49,143 nt of DNA from Parcubacteria group bacterium GW2011_GWA1_47_8 (GTDB lineage Bacteria; Patescibacteriota; Minisyncoccia; Phycocordibacterales; UBA1550). This document shows positions 8,811 to 18,690 of the stretch, piece by piece (the first letter of the stretch is position 1; the number at the start of each line of letters is the position of its first letter). The notes beneath the pieces are model-generated. The model saw only the letters and a program-made list of their open reading frames with translations, was not told where the DNA came from and did not search any database. The position numbers and the translations under genes are program-made. The stretch lies in assembly GCA_000996605.1 (NCBI GenBank), contig LCOP01000006.1, positions 1 through 49,143 on the forward strand, given 5' to 3'.

Positions 8811-10169
8811 TTAGAACATCGCCCTAATTTGATCAACCTCTTGAATTAATGATAAATCATTCTTCATGTCTGTTTTTATTTTATCACAAGAGTGCATGAC
8901 GGTGGTGTGGTCGCGCCCACCCAGCTTTTGTCCAATTGTTGGATAAGAAATATTGAAATCCTCCCGCAAAATAAACATTGCAACCTGCCGAGGCTTCAAC
9001 ACTTCCTTCCTCCTTGTTTTTTCATACACATAATCTTCTTGGATGTTGTAAAAATCACAAACAACCTTAACAATCTCTTTTACTGAAAGAAGTTTTTTAG
9101 GCTTCGCGGTGTTTTTAATGAACGGTTTTATTTCTGCCAAGGTTAAATGCTTATTTTTCAGCTGGGATTGGCAAATAATACCATTTAAAAGCCCCTCAAG
9201 CTCCCTAATATTACCTTGTACTGATGAAGCAAGATATTCAATAATCTCCACGGGTGGGCAAAAATCATTCACCTCCGCTTTTGCGCGCAAAATAGCGAGA
9301 CGAGACTCATATTCAGGCTCTTGGACATCAACAATCATCCCCGAGCTAAAGCGTGATTTTAGGCGGTTTTCAAGGGTTGGAATATAGTTTGGGTGTTGGT
9401 CGGAAGAGAAAACAATCTGCTTATTGTTGTTATAGAGCTCGTTAAAAATATGAAATAATTCCTCTTGGGTTTTTTCTTTATTGGAGAGGAATTGAATATC
9501 ATCCATAATAAAAAGATCATATTTGCGGTATTTTTCTTTAAAGACGCTCATCGCTTTTGAACCTTGAGATACTGAATTGACGTAATCAATAGTAAACTTT
9601 TCCGAGGTGATGTAAAATACTTTTTTCCCGGGGTGGTGTTTTTTGATTTGGTTACCAATTGCTTGGATGAGGTGGGTTTTCCCCAACCCCGTCTTTCCGT
9701 AAATAAAAAGAGGATTATATACATTTGTCCCCACTTTTTGCAGGATCGCTTGTGATGCCGCATAAGCAAGCTCATTAAAGGAGCCAATAATGAAATTATC
9801 AAACGTATAGCGCGGGTTCAGCCCATCTTCGCGATTTACATAAAGATCATTGAGGGGGAGCTCGGTTTGTTGGTTAAACACAACCTTTCCATCTTGTGGG
9901 CGAACTGTTTTTGAATCCTCGACCTTGTGAACCAAATATTCAACGCCACGGATATGCTCTGAAAGGTTGCGGAGCGACCTCAGTATTGTTTTGTGGAATT
10001 TGTTTTGGAGCCAATCTTTTACAAATTCATTTGGTACCCCCACAATAACCATCCCATCATCTTGCTTTATGATTATGGTGTTCTTGAACCATGTGCTGAA
10101 ATTCGCGCGCGAGAGCTCACCCTCAATACTACTCAATGTTTTTTCCCAAAGTTGTGTGTTGTCAGACAT
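8811..10169 (-). CDS. dnaA: Chromosomal replication initiator DnaA
   Basis: YNPLFIYGKTGLGKTHL, DDIQF, NIRELEG and GGRDHTTVMH; start MSDNTQLW. Confidence 0.98.
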   Translation of the reverse strand: MSDNTQLWEKTLSSIEGELSRANFSTWFKNTIIIKQDDGMVIVGVPNEFVKDWLQNKFHKTILRSLRNLSEHIRGVEYLVHKVEDSKTVRPQDGKVVFNQQTELPLNDLYVNREDGLNPRYTFDNFIIGSFNELAYAASQAILQKVGTNVYNPLFIYGKTGLGKTHLIQAIGNQIKKHHPGKKVFYITSEKFTIDYVNSVSQGSKAMSVFKEKYRKYDLFIMDDIQFLSNKEKTQEELFHIFNELYNNNKQIVFSSDQHPNYIPTLENRLKSRFSSGMIVDVQEPEYESRLAILRAKAEVNDFCPPVEIIEYLASSVQGNIRELEGLLNGIICQSQLKNKHLTLAEIKPFIKNTAKPKKLLSVKEIVKVVCDFYNIQEDYVYEKTRRKEVLKPRQVAMFILREDFNISYPTIGQKLGGRDHTTVMHSCDKIKTDMKNDLSLIQEVDQIRAMF

Positions 10170-10262
10170 GGATATGAAGAATAGTTTAGATATTATTGTT
10201 TTATTATACTCACTGGCACCGCAATGCAAAACAACAAAGGGGGGATGAAACAGTTTTTAACC

Positions 10263-10282
10263 TGTGGACAACTTGTGGATTG
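10263..10282. promoter_or_regulatory. Two degenerate DnaA boxes in the dnaA-rpmH divergent promoter region
   Basis: TGTGGACAA and TGTGGATTG. Confidence 0.6.
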
Positions 10283-10358
10283 TAATTATAGCCTATATAT
10301 AAACATTAAAACAAGGGGGGGCTAGATTTTTCTAAAAAATAGTGTATATTGATACATT

Positions 10359-10496
10359 ATGTCTCAAACATACCAACCAAAAAAGAAAAAGCGCGCAGCA
10401 ACCCATGGATTCCTTGTTCGCTCAAAATCAAAAAATGGTCGCAATATCTTGGCGAGCCGCCGCCAGAAAGGCCGAAAACGTCTCTCCACTGTTTAA
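10359..10496 (+). CDS. rpmH: 50S ribosomal protein L34 (absent from the ORF track)
   Basis: Manual translation [45 protein letters not shown]. Confidence 0.97.
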   Translation: MSQTYQPKKKKRAATHGFLVRSKSKNGRNILASRRQKGRKRLSTV

Positions 10497-10524
10497 ATTA
10501 AAGGATTTTCTGGGATATTTCCCC

Positions 10525-10860
10525 ATGCTTCCTAAAAAAAATCGCATACTGCGCGCAAAATTTCCCAATAAACAAAAGGGAATAAGGTTTTTTTCACCCC
10601 TTTTTTCTTTGTCTGTGTACAAAACAGAAGCCGTCAATATTACAGTGTCAGTCGTTGTCTCAAAGAAAACGGCAAAATCCGCGGTGGAAAGGAACCTCAT
10701 CCGCCGGCGTATATACACTGCAGTAACCCCCTTCATAAAAGGCATTTCGAGCTCAATACAAATGGTCTTTTATCCAAAATATGAAGTGGCTACCACAAAA
10801 ACCCCTGTTATAAAAGCGGAAATTGAAAAAATTTTGCGCCATGCAAAGTTGCTACCATAG
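10525..10860 (+). CDS. rnpA: Ribonuclease P protein component
   Basis: MLPKKNR start, VVSKK..KSAVERNLIRR motif; synteny. Confidence 0.93.
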   Translation: MLPKKNRILRAKFPNKQKGIRFFSPLFSLSVYKTEAVNITVSVVVSKKTAKSAVERNLIRRRIYTAVTPFIKGISSSIQMVFYPKYEVATTKTPVIKAEIEKILRHAKLLP

Positions 10861-10863
10861 CTT

Positions 10864-11094
10864 ATGAGAAAAATCTTTATTTCTTTGATTACACTATATC
10901 AAAAACTTTTTTCGCCGGACATAGGAATACTCACCCTTCGTCGCGGCACCACCTGTGTTTTTTATCCAACATGTTCGGCGTATACCAAGGAAGCAATCAT
11001 TAAATACGGGGTTATAAAAGGCATTTGGCTCGGCCTGAAACGTGTGGGGAGATGCCACCCCTGGCAGAAAAACCATATTGATCCCTTGCTCTAG
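10864..11094 (+). CDS. yidD: Membrane protein insertion efficiency factor
   Basis: CVFYPTCSAY and RCHPW motifs. Confidence 0.95.
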   Translation: MRKIFISLITLYQKLFSPDIGILTLRRGTTCVFYPTCSAYTKEAIIKYGVIKGIWLGLKRVGRCHPWQKNHIDPLL

Positions 11095-11126
11095 CCAAGA
11101 ACCCTTATTCGCGCTAATATACTAAA

Positions 11127-11864
11127 ATGGAATCAGGATTTTTCTCAACATTTTTCTACCAACCTCTCTATAATGCGCTCATTTCCTTAATTTTGGTGGT
11201 TCCCGGAGGAAATGTGGGGGTTGCGATCATCCTGCTTACTTTTGCAGTACGTGGAGCACTCCTCCCCCTTTCACATAAGTCTGTTGTTTCTCAAGCTAAA
11301 ATGCGCACGATTGCCCCTCATGTCGAGAAAGTTAAGGACAAGTACAAAGACAACAAACAAGAGCAAGCACGGAAGGTCATGGAGCTTTATAAGGAACACG
11401 GAGTAAACCCATTTTCCGGGTGTCTCCTCCTTATTGTTCAACTTCCGATTATTTTTGCGCTTTACTTCGTCTTTTTCAAAGGACTCCCCCATCTCAACAA
11501 AGAAATCCTTTATTCATTTGTTAGTTTTCCCGATGCGATAAACACGGGGTTTCTGGGGGTTGATCTCCTAAAACAAAGTGTTCTCTTCGCACTTCTTGCC
11601 GCAATAACTCAATATTATCAAATAAAGCTTTCCATGCCACCGGTTCCACCCGCACCTTCTTTGAAAGAAGGAAAACCCTCACTTAAGGATGAGTTTGCAC
11701 GGAGCTTCAGTCTCCAAATGCGCTATATGCTCCCCTTTATTGTGTTTGGTGCGTCTTATTATATCTCTGCCGCTGTTGCGCTTTATTGGACGACCAGCAA
11801 CCTTTTCTCCATCGGACATGAACTTTTTGTGAAGCGTAAGGCGGAAAAGATTATTACTACATAA
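11127..11864 (+). CDS. yidC: YidC/Oxa1 membrane protein insertase
   Basis: ELYKEHGVNPFSGC..VQLPI, ALYWTTSNLF. Confidence 0.95.
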   Translation: MESGFFSTFFYQPLYNALISLILVVPGGNVGVAIILLTFAVRGALLPLSHKSVVSQAKMRTIAPHVEKVKDKYKDNKQEQARKVMELYKEHGVNPFSGCLLLIVQLPIIFALYFVFFKGLPHLNKEILYSFVSFPDAINTGFLGVDLLKQSVLFALLAAITQYYQIKLSMPPVPPAPSLKEGKPSLKDEFARSFSLQMRYMLPFIVFGASYYISAAVALYWTTSNLFSIGHELFVKRKAEKIITT

Positions 11865-11904
11865 TGCTATAAAGAAACAAGGGCTAGGGATAGCATAATC
11901 GTTT

Positions 11905-13227
11905 TTAGAAGATGCTTGGAATCGAGCCTTCGGATGATACGGGAGGAATACCGGTATCATCGGCGGCTTTTACGAGGTTGAATACCCAAGGAGTTGAGGA
12001 TTTTTTGTTTATAAATACGAGATAGGTGTCATCAGAAGAAAGGGCAAGATTCGTTATGTCCATTTCGTGACCATTGAATATCTTTGGCGTGAATACTTTT
12101 TCCACCACCCCTGTTTTTGTATCTATTTTCCAGACACTATCAGAGAAAGAGATAACCCCTTGGTACCACTGGTCTGGATAAAGGCCTTGGGGGATTTGTT
12201 CGGGAACCGCGCAGTATGCAATGGTTACCGTGATGTTGCCCCAGACGCATTTCTCGGGGAGCGTTTTAAGGGGAGTAGAGCGGAATTCTTTTTTTGTTGT
12301 GTCGTAGAGAGAGAGCACCGGTTCCTTTGTTGTTGTGTCGCTATAGAGGACCATGTTTCCGGTGTGGTTGGTCAAGGTGGTTAAGCCGTTGATGTTTCCG
12401 AGAATGCGCGAAAGAGTCTTTGTTTTTGGATCAAGAAAAAAGAAATATCCCGGGACGTCTCCTGAAGGTTTTGTGGTGAGGGTAATGAGTTTTTGGCTTG
12501 GGAATTGAGGAAGCCATTCAGTAAACACGGAGTTAAAGATGATACTCGTACCAAGCCCTTTCGTATTTGCGGTGGTGCCCCGTGCCGCGGAGGCGCTGTT
12601 TTCAAGATAGAAAAGTTTGTCGGCGCCGTCTTCGGCGATCGCCATATGGGGAATGTAATCGGGAAGATAGACTTCTTCGGTGGCAAGCGATGGTGAGCCC
12701 CCTGCGCTTTCGTCACTATTCGCAAAAGAAAGAATTGGTGCGTTCAAGTTTTGTACGCGTGTTTTGATTGCAGAACCATCTTTGTCGTCAAGGAAACGAA
12801 TTATCACACTATTTCCCTTGTTCCCAAAGAATGCCTCCGCTATTCCAGGATGTGTATTATTGGAAATACGGTTTTCCATGAAGGTTCCAAGATTTGTTTC
12901 AAAAATATGTCCCACACCGCGCTCAATATATCGAGCGAACATAGAGCGGTCGGATTTTGTTCCTATTTCTGCAAAGCCGACTCCTGCAACGGGTGTTTTG
13001 TGGAGTTCGTAGAGGCGGGGTAATTTCATCCCACTGCCGGGTGGGGAAGGTGGCTCCACATCCCCTCCTTCGCGGGGTGGCAATGGAGTACCTCCGTCAT
13101 TGGGGAAACCTGGGGTTTCCTCCGGCGCGACAGATGGCTTTTGGGAGAAATAAAAGTATGCGCCGACTCCCCCGAGGATGAGGATAAGGATTGCGATACT
13201 GACGATAATAAGTGTGCGTTTATTCAT
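11905..13227 (-). CDS. Membrane-anchored extracellular protein, probable beta-propeller
   Basis: N-terminal TM, Pro-rich linker, repeated beta-strand pattern; last gene of the T4SS-like run. Confidence 0.75.
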   Translation of the reverse strand: MNKRTLIIVSIAILILILGGVGAYFYFSQKPSVAPEETPGFPNDGGTPLPPREGGDVEPPSPPGSGMKLPRLYELHKTPVAGVGFAEIGTKSDRSMFARYIERGVGHIFETNLGTFMENRISNNTHPGIAEAFFGNKGNSVIIRFLDDKDGSAIKTRVQNLNAPILSFANSDESAGGSPSLATEEVYLPDYIPHMAIAEDGADKLFYLENSASAARGTTANTKGLGTSIIFNSVFTEWLPQFPSQKLITLTTKPSGDVPGYFFFLDPKTKTLSRILGNINGLTTLTNHTGNMVLYSDTTTKEPVLSLYDTTKKEFRSTPLKTLPEKCVWGNITVTIAYCAVPEQIPQGLYPDQWYQGVISFSDSVWKIDTKTGVVEKVFTPKIFNGHEMDITNLALSSDDTYLVFINKKSSTPWVFNLVKAADDTGIPPVSSEGSIPSIF

Positions 13228-13230
13228 ACG

Positions 13231-14358
13231 TTAAAATTGTGGTGCGGATGCTTGGTTGGGGGTGAAGTTGATCACTGTGGACTGTTGAACGTTTTGGAAT
13301 GTGCGCCGGACACCCTTGGCGCTAAAAGTAACAGTTGACCTATTCGCCACCTCTTTTTCGTTGCGGAAAGTGATCGTACGACTCGGATTGTTAACCGACT
13401 TCCCATTAAGGAACCATTGATAAGAGTTAATCTGTTGACCAAGGGTTTCATTCGAGAAGAAATAAGGCTCCGCTTTAATAGAAACCTCTTTTGCGCTGAA
13501 GGCCGAGGTGGCGTCAACAGGACGGTTGTACAAAACACCAAGAAGAGGTTGGCTTTCGTAGAAGAGTATTATTGGTTGAGAGAGGGGTACGTTGATTGCA
13601 AAGTCTGATTTCGTAGCGTCGTTCAAGGAAGAAACTTTTACACGAACATTTGCTTCCCCGTATGGCTTGGGTCCTTCAAACAAGAAAGAGTTTTTATTGT
13701 ATCCTGAAGAGCTTTTGGTCGTGATTCCATCTTTTTCCCATTCAAACACAAGACCACCGCCATCCAGTGTATTTTTTGAGGTTGTGGTGTTGGGGACGGC
13801 AATTATACGCACGGTACTCTGTGTTGTCATAAGAGGCTTTCCTTTATAAAACGGCGGAGTGTATGTGTCAGCCTCCCAGAGAACCATAATGTCAACAGGT
13901 CTGAAGGTAAGTTCTTTGGTGATATTTTCTCCCGTATTAGTGGTGACGGAAATTACTAGCCTTGTTGTGGTGTTTGGAACACCGTTTTTGAAAGAAAAAG
14001 TGGTTTTTCCAATGCCGCTATCAACAACCTTACCATTGACCGACCATCTGATGGTTGCCTTGTTCATGTCAGACAAATAACTTTCGATACTCACATGTAT
14101 TGTTTCGTTGGGACCGGGATTTTGAGGGCTGGTTTTTATGTCCAGATAGTCAGTGATGGCTTTTGTACGAATTTTTTCCGTATCAATAAACTTTTTTTCT
14201 TGTTGTACCATCATGTCGGTTGTTACTTGCTTCATATTGGCGATGTAAGCATCTACGTCAAAAGTCGAGGTAGCAGCTGTTTGCGCAGAGGTCACGAATG
14301 GTACGACGAAAAGCGTACTAAGGAGTATTGAGTATGAAAGGAAACGCATACGTTGCAT
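13231..14358 (-). CDS. Secreted Ig-like beta-sandwich protein
   Basis: Signal peptide; WEADTYTPPFYKGK; repeated W-x-x-NG strands; start chosen 7 nt after TATACT. Confidence 0.75.
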   Translation of the reverse strand: MQRMRFLSYSILLSTLFVVPFVTSAQTAATSTFDVDAYIANMKQVTTDMMVQQEKKFIDTEKIRTKAITDYLDIKTSPQNPGPNETIHVSIESYLSDMNKATIRWSVNGKVVDSGIGKTTFSFKNGVPNTTTRLVISVTTNTGENITKELTFRPVDIMVLWEADTYTPPFYKGKPLMTTQSTVRIIAVPNTTTSKNTLDGGGLVFEWEKDGITTKSSSGYNKNSFLFEGPKPYGEANVRVKVSSLNDATKSDFAINVPLSQPIILFYESQPLLGVLYNRPVDATSAFSAKEVSIKAEPYFFSNETLGQQINSYQWFLNGKSVNNPSRTITFRNEKEVANRSTVTFSAKGVRRTFQNVQQSTVINFTPNQASAPQF

Positions 14359-14409
14359 ATATAATAGTATACTCAAGTAATTCGGAAAAGTAAAAGGATA
14401 TCCCCATCC

Positions 14410-16236
14410 CTACTTTCCTTGCACTTGGGCATCCGCAAATTCCTGCTTTGCCTTTTTGATGGCAAGAAGTTGCGAGGGGTCGGAGGTGATTATCTGGTCC
14501 TCGGTGTATGAGGCAATCGTTTTTATCGCCACGTGTTTCATGCCGGCAAAGAATATTCCCTCCCCGACGCCGGATTCGAGCAAAAGGTACTTTTCTTCAT
14601 CAGTCAGATTAAAGGCTTTTTGCACAGAATCAATCGATGTCGGGGATTGCTTGAGGAGTATCTGAATCGACGAGTTGGTCATAATGGGTAGTCCATATGG
14701 CGACTTCAAGAAGTCGTTGACGTCTTGAGTAATGGTGGCGATTCCGAGCCAGTATTTGCGGCCGCGTTTGGCGAGGGCGTAGAGGAACGATGCGGTGTCC
14801 TCGGATTTCATCATCCACCATGCCTCGTCGACGACCAAGAGGCGCTTGCGTAAGGTGCGGCGAATGGCGTTCCAAATAAAGTGCGTCACTATGTACATGG
14901 CGACGGGTTTTAGGTCGTCTTCCATGTCGCGTACCGAAAAGACGATGAATTTGCGATTAATGTCGACATTGGATGGCTGATTCAAGAATCCCGACCATGA
15001 CCCGCGGGTATATTTGGAGAGTTTTTGAACGATGCTTTCCGATCCGCTCATGCCCGCAAGCACCATTTCAAAGTCCGAGAGGAGCGGCGGCTCTGCGGTG
15101 GAAAAATCAGACTCGGGAGTGATATCCTTGAGCGCGTATGTTTCCGCAATAGCGCGGTCGACAATAGCGTCCTCTTCGGGGGTAAGCCCGCCCAACATCA
15201 AGCGGAAGAGACCCACAAGCGAAATGATATTGGAGCGCAAGACATCCGCGGGAGATTCGCCCTCTCTCGGTATCGGGAGGTCAAAGGGGTTAATATGGTG
15301 GTCGGAACTCAAAGAAATATTGAAATACCGCCCCCCTACTGCTTCTGCCATGGATTCGTATTCTCGCTCGGGGTCGATGACAATGACATCGACATCAAAC
15401 ATGAGGCTTCGCAGGATTTCGAGTTTAGTAGCGTAGGATTTTCCGGATCCTGATTTTGCAAACGTGATGGAGTTGTAGTTTTCAAGCGAAAAACGGTCAA
15501 AGAGCACAAGGGATGAATTGTGACGGTTGATGCCGTAGAGGATTCCATGGTCCGATGTAAGGTCGAATGATACGAAGGGGAAGAAGCTGGAGAGTGGTTC
15601 GGAATTAATCTTTCTTGTGACAGCTATTTTGTCGTCATTGACGGGAAGTACGCTTTTGAACGCGTCTTCTTGTTGGAAGAGCGCGGGGCGTAGGTAAATG
15701 AGGCGTGATTCGAGCATAGATTTGACTTCGGCTTCGGCGTGGAGGAGGTCTTCTTCGGTGTCGGCGTAAAGCGATACATAGAGCCCTACATCGAACATTT
15801 TTTCCTGTGCTTGTTGGAGGCGGTCACGCAATGTCTCAAGGTCTTGATAGGCCGTCTCGAGCATCGGGTCGCGCACGTATCCTTTTTGTTCGCGTACGGA
15901 AATCTGGCTCTGCACCTCGGCGACTTTCCGCTCAAATTTTTTCATAATCCCCGCCGTGTCGACCGGATGGATATAGATGGAAATGTCAAAAACGCGGTCA
16001 AGGTTGATGAGCGGAGAAAGCCAGTTGTCGTTCACGGCGTTTGGATAGGAGGTTACAAAAAAGGTACGCACAATCTTTTCCCCCAAGTTAATATCCTTGG
16101 GATTGATCTTGATTGCCGAAGGCGCGATGATGTCCCCTAGGTCAAGTCCCGTATCACTATAGAGTTCCTGCGGAAGCACCGGAATCGAATTCTTGTCTTG
16201 GGGGGACGCTTCTTTTTTTGTGAAAAAATCAAACAT
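14410..16236 (-). CDS. VirB4/TraC-like secretion ATPase
   Basis: Walker A AKSGSGKS, IDPEREY, INPFD, Walker B LLVVDEAW, RKY and ITQ. Confidence 0.92.
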   Translation of the reverse strand: MFDFFTKKEASPQDKNSIPVLPQELYSDTGLDLGDIIAPSAIKINPKDINLGEKIVRTFFVTSYPNAVNDNWLSPLINLDRVFDISIYIHPVDTAGIMKKFERKVAEVQSQISVREQKGYVRDPMLETAYQDLETLRDRLQQAQEKMFDVGLYVSLYADTEEDLLHAEAEVKSMLESRLIYLRPALFQQEDAFKSVLPVNDDKIAVTRKINSEPLSSFFPFVSFDLTSDHGILYGINRHNSSLVLFDRFSLENYNSITFAKSGSGKSYATKLEILRSLMFDVDVIVIDPEREYESMAEAVGGRYFNISLSSDHHINPFDLPIPREGESPADVLRSNIISLVGLFRLMLGGLTPEEDAIVDRAIAETYALKDITPESDFSTAEPPLLSDFEMVLAGMSGSESIVQKLSKYTRGSWSGFLNQPSNVDINRKFIVFSVRDMEDDLKPVAMYIVTHFIWNAIRRTLRKRLLVVDEAWWMMKSEDTASFLYALAKRGRKYWLGIATITQDVNDFLKSPYGLPIMTNSSIQILLKQSPTSIDSVQKAFNLTDEEKYLLLESGVGEGIFFAGMKHVAIKTIASYTEDQIITSDPSQLLAIKKAKQEFADAQVQGK

Positions 16237-16254
16237 GATAATTTAAAAATTATG

Positions 16255-16920
16255 TCACTTCCCTACATTTACCGATTGCTTCTCGACCTCGCCGGGGTTG
16301 AATAATCGGTAGTAGAGCTCGGTAAGCTCCTCGGTCCCCAGCGGCACGATGCGAACACCCGTGCGTGCCAAACCCTGCGTGATGACTCCCGCGCGCTGTT
16401 CAAGCTGTGAGCGCGCTTCTTCAAATGCTTCGGTGGCGCTCTTGGAAAGCTCGGGTTTTGCGCCACTAGTGTCTTTTTTTGCAAAAAGGCCGCCCATCCC
16501 CCCTTTTTTTGTTGATGCGGTCACCGAGGATGGCGGAGAATACGGCACCACGATGAGGAAGAGCTTGCTCATGATATTGGTCGAGTGCGTGACCGTTCCC
16601 ACAAAGTTTATGTATTCTTTGATTTGAATTTTTAAAAGTTCGTTGGTTTCTAAGCGCAGGCGTTCTTCGAGAAGGAGAAGGTAGGGGCGGATGTCGAGAC
16701 GGCGGGATTGAATAAAGATTTGTGTTGAAAATTCGAGAGAGTTCAAGAAGCTTTGAAATTGCATGAGGACGGACGCTTGTTCATCCGCGGATTTGAGCGC
16801 AAAGTTAATCGATGATGCCATGAGGAGCCGGCGCAAAGTGCCGTCTTTCATGATGACCACGCCATCACGGATTTCCTTGATGGGGATAAATTCTTGCGCT
16901 GCTTTTGATTTTACTGTCAT
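16255..16920 (-). CDS. TraC/VirB4 N-terminal-like accessory protein
   Basis: SINFALKS..EQ, FLNSL; lies between PrgI and VirB4. Confidence 0.75.
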   Translation of the reverse strand: MTVKSKAAQEFIPIKEIRDGVVIMKDGTLRRLLMASSINFALKSADEQASVLMQFQSFLNSLEFSTQIFIQSRRLDIRPYLLLLEERLRLETNELLKIQIKEYINFVGTVTHSTNIMSKLFLIVVPYSPPSSVTASTKKGGMGGLFAKKDTSGAKPELSKSATEAFEEARSQLEQRAGVITQGLARTGVRIVPLGTEELTELYYRLFNPGEVEKQSVNVGK

Positions 16921-16924
16921 ACGG

Positions 16925-17362
16925 TTATTTTTTTTCAGATGAATTTTCTATCGCGTTTTGTTTTCGCACCTCAAGGTTGAATGACACGGAGGCGAGTTTG
17001 CCACCGGAAAGTGAGGGTACGCTCGGTGCTTGTGCCCCAATAAATTCTTCTTCCGCGCCAAGCGCTGCATCTTTTTTTGTTTTTTTCCATGTATAGAGCT
17101 TGGTGCCAAAGGCGTATCCGAATCCGGCTTCTAGGATTTCAATAAAAGGCTTGCCGAGCTTTTCTTTCGGATAAAATGCGAGTGCCCACGCGAGAACAGC
17201 CCATGCGAGGATAAGTGGTGCGGCGATAAAAAGAATCGGAATGACTTTGTATATGAGAAACGCACCGCCTGCTCCCCCTACCACATACAGTGCTTGTTTG
17301 AATGTAAGCGGCCCAAAAAGTTTGTCCTCAATATCGATGTACTGGGGGATGTGGAATTGCAT
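16925..17362 (-). CDS. PrgI-family (VirB3-like) membrane protein
   Basis: MQFHIPQYIDIEDKLFGPLTFKQ followed by two TM helices. Confidence 0.88.
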   Translation of the reverse strand: MQFHIPQYIDIEDKLFGPLTFKQALYVVGGAGGAFLIYKVIPILFIAAPLILAWAVLAWALAFYPKEKLGKPFIEILEAGFGYAFGTKLYTWKKTKKDAALGAEEEFIGAQAPSVPSLSGGKLASVSFNLEVRKQNAIENSSEKK

Positions 17363-17400
17363 ATAGTAAGTCTAAAAGTTAAAAGTCTCAAAGTCAAAAG

Positions 17401-17745
17401 TCACAAGACTTTCATGAACCCCGCAATCATTTTTGATGTTTCTATCGTCAGTGTGTAAAGTTCTTCGAACTCTTGCTTCGTGATGTACTTTAATTCACAC
17501 CCCAAGTATAGCATCGACCGCACTTCTCCGCACGAACCTTTTGCGATGGAAAGAAAATGTTTGAATTCTTTATCGCCCCTCCTTTCAAAACCCTCGGCGA
17601 TGTTGTTCATTACTGAGACCGATGCTCGTTGTATTTGGTCTTTGAAACCATAGTCCTTGTTGCTGCCCAATATCTTATAAATAGAAAAGGTTAAGGTCCT
17701 GGCTCTTTGCCAAGCGTTGATATCCTCAAATTTTTCTATTCTCAT
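17401..17745 (-). CDS. Four-helix-bundle protein (23S rRNA IVP/bAvd-like family)
   Basis: FEDINAWQ, DQIQRASVSVMNNIAEGFER, IAKGSCGEVRS. Confidence 0.92.
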   Translation of the reverse strand: MRIEKFEDINAWQRARTLTFSIYKILGSNKDYGFKDQIQRASVSVMNNIAEGFERRGDKEFKHFLSIAKGSCGEVRSMLYLGCELKYITKQEFEELYTLTIETSKMIAGFMKVL

Positions 17746-17809
17746 ATCTTCTTAAGAACCCATCCACTATCTTCCCCCTTCCCTGAAACCCTTATTTCTG
17801 GCTATAAAA

Positions 17810-17860
17810 CTTCGTCTCGTACGAACCATAATTCAATATGGTTCGTACTCCGAGACTAAG
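17810..17860. repeat. Intergenic inverted repeat
   Basis: GTACGAACCATA-attcaa-TATGGTTCGTAC, with outer GTCTCG/CGAGAC arms. Confidence 0.8.
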
Positions 17861-17862
17861 TA

Positions 17863-18687
17863 TCATTCCACCGCTTCGCGGTAGGGGTCGTGGCCTGGAG
17901 GGGTGGGGGCTGTCGGAGCGGGAGCAGGGCTTGGAACTGGGGGCGCTACGGGTGTTTCCGGAACTCCGTAGCGCGGGGTGGTGGGGATTTCTTGGGGTGC
18001 GGGAGTGGGGGTGCTCGTTAAAACCTTTTTCATTTGTTGTTCAAAGGGGTGAAGCTCTGCGGGGGCAGGAGGTACTACGGGGGTTTGCGGTGTCGTGGTT
18101 TGGGGCGGTGGCGAGGGCGGCAAAGGAACCGCTATTTGGGGAGTTTCGATAGGGCGTATTACGGGCGGGCGGGGCGGTATCGGCACCGAAGGAATTTTCA
18201 TCCCAAATGGCGGCAGGCCTTCCTCTGCCGACGGCACGGCAGGTAAACCTTCTTCGGGGGATGGTTTAGGTTTAGGGGTTTCGCTTGGGGGAGCGGTTGG
18301 TGGAGTAGCGTTCTCTGTGGCAGACGGAGAAGGTTTCTCCCCATCGTTTTCCTCAAGACTTGACTCTAAAGATTCCGCCTCTCTTTTTTCTTCCATACGG
18401 GTAGGAGTAATGATTTCTGAGAATACTGCAGATGTTATTTTTTTTGCGGTAGCGTCGTCAATTTTCATTTGATCCATTAGTTTTTTTGAAAATTCTTCCT
18501 CGTCAGCTATTTTCAAGAGAGCCATGTTCGTGAGGGCGTTAAGAAATTCTTTTCCCTCGGGAGGTAGTTGTTGCGAGGCAAGAACAGATTGAACAGCTTG
18601 TTCAATTTCAGGAGTAAAAAGGATATCCTGGGTGCTTCGAGGAAGTTTATCAAACGCGAGCGATATTTGTTCTTCGGTGTAGTCCAT
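17863..18687 (-). CDS. Pro-rich hypothetical protein with a C-terminal DPYRE motif
   Basis: Helical N-terminal domain, long P/T/A-rich tail, ends HDPYREAVE. Confidence 0.8.
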   Translation of the reverse strand: MDYTEEQISLAFDKLPRSTQDILFTPEIEQAVQSVLASQQLPPEGKEFLNALTNMALLKIADEEEFSKKLMDQMKIDDATAKKITSAVFSEIITPTRMEEKREAESLESSLEENDGEKPSPSATENATPPTAPPSETPKPKPSPEEGLPAVPSAEEGLPPFGMKIPSVPIPPRPPVIRPIETPQIAVPLPPSPPPQTTTPQTPVVPPAPAELHPFEQQMKKVLTSTPTPAPQEIPTTPRYGVPETPVAPPVPSPAPAPTAPTPPGHDPYREAVE

Positions 18688-18690
18688 AAA

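Noticed and set aside
10342..10860. 172-aa ORF as one protein
   Set aside because: Its 5' part overlaps rpmH in another frame; the real RnpA starts at 10525
17401..17745. Diversity-generating retroelement (Avd-like gene)
   Set aside because: No reverse transcriptase and no TR/VR repeat pair were seen in the window
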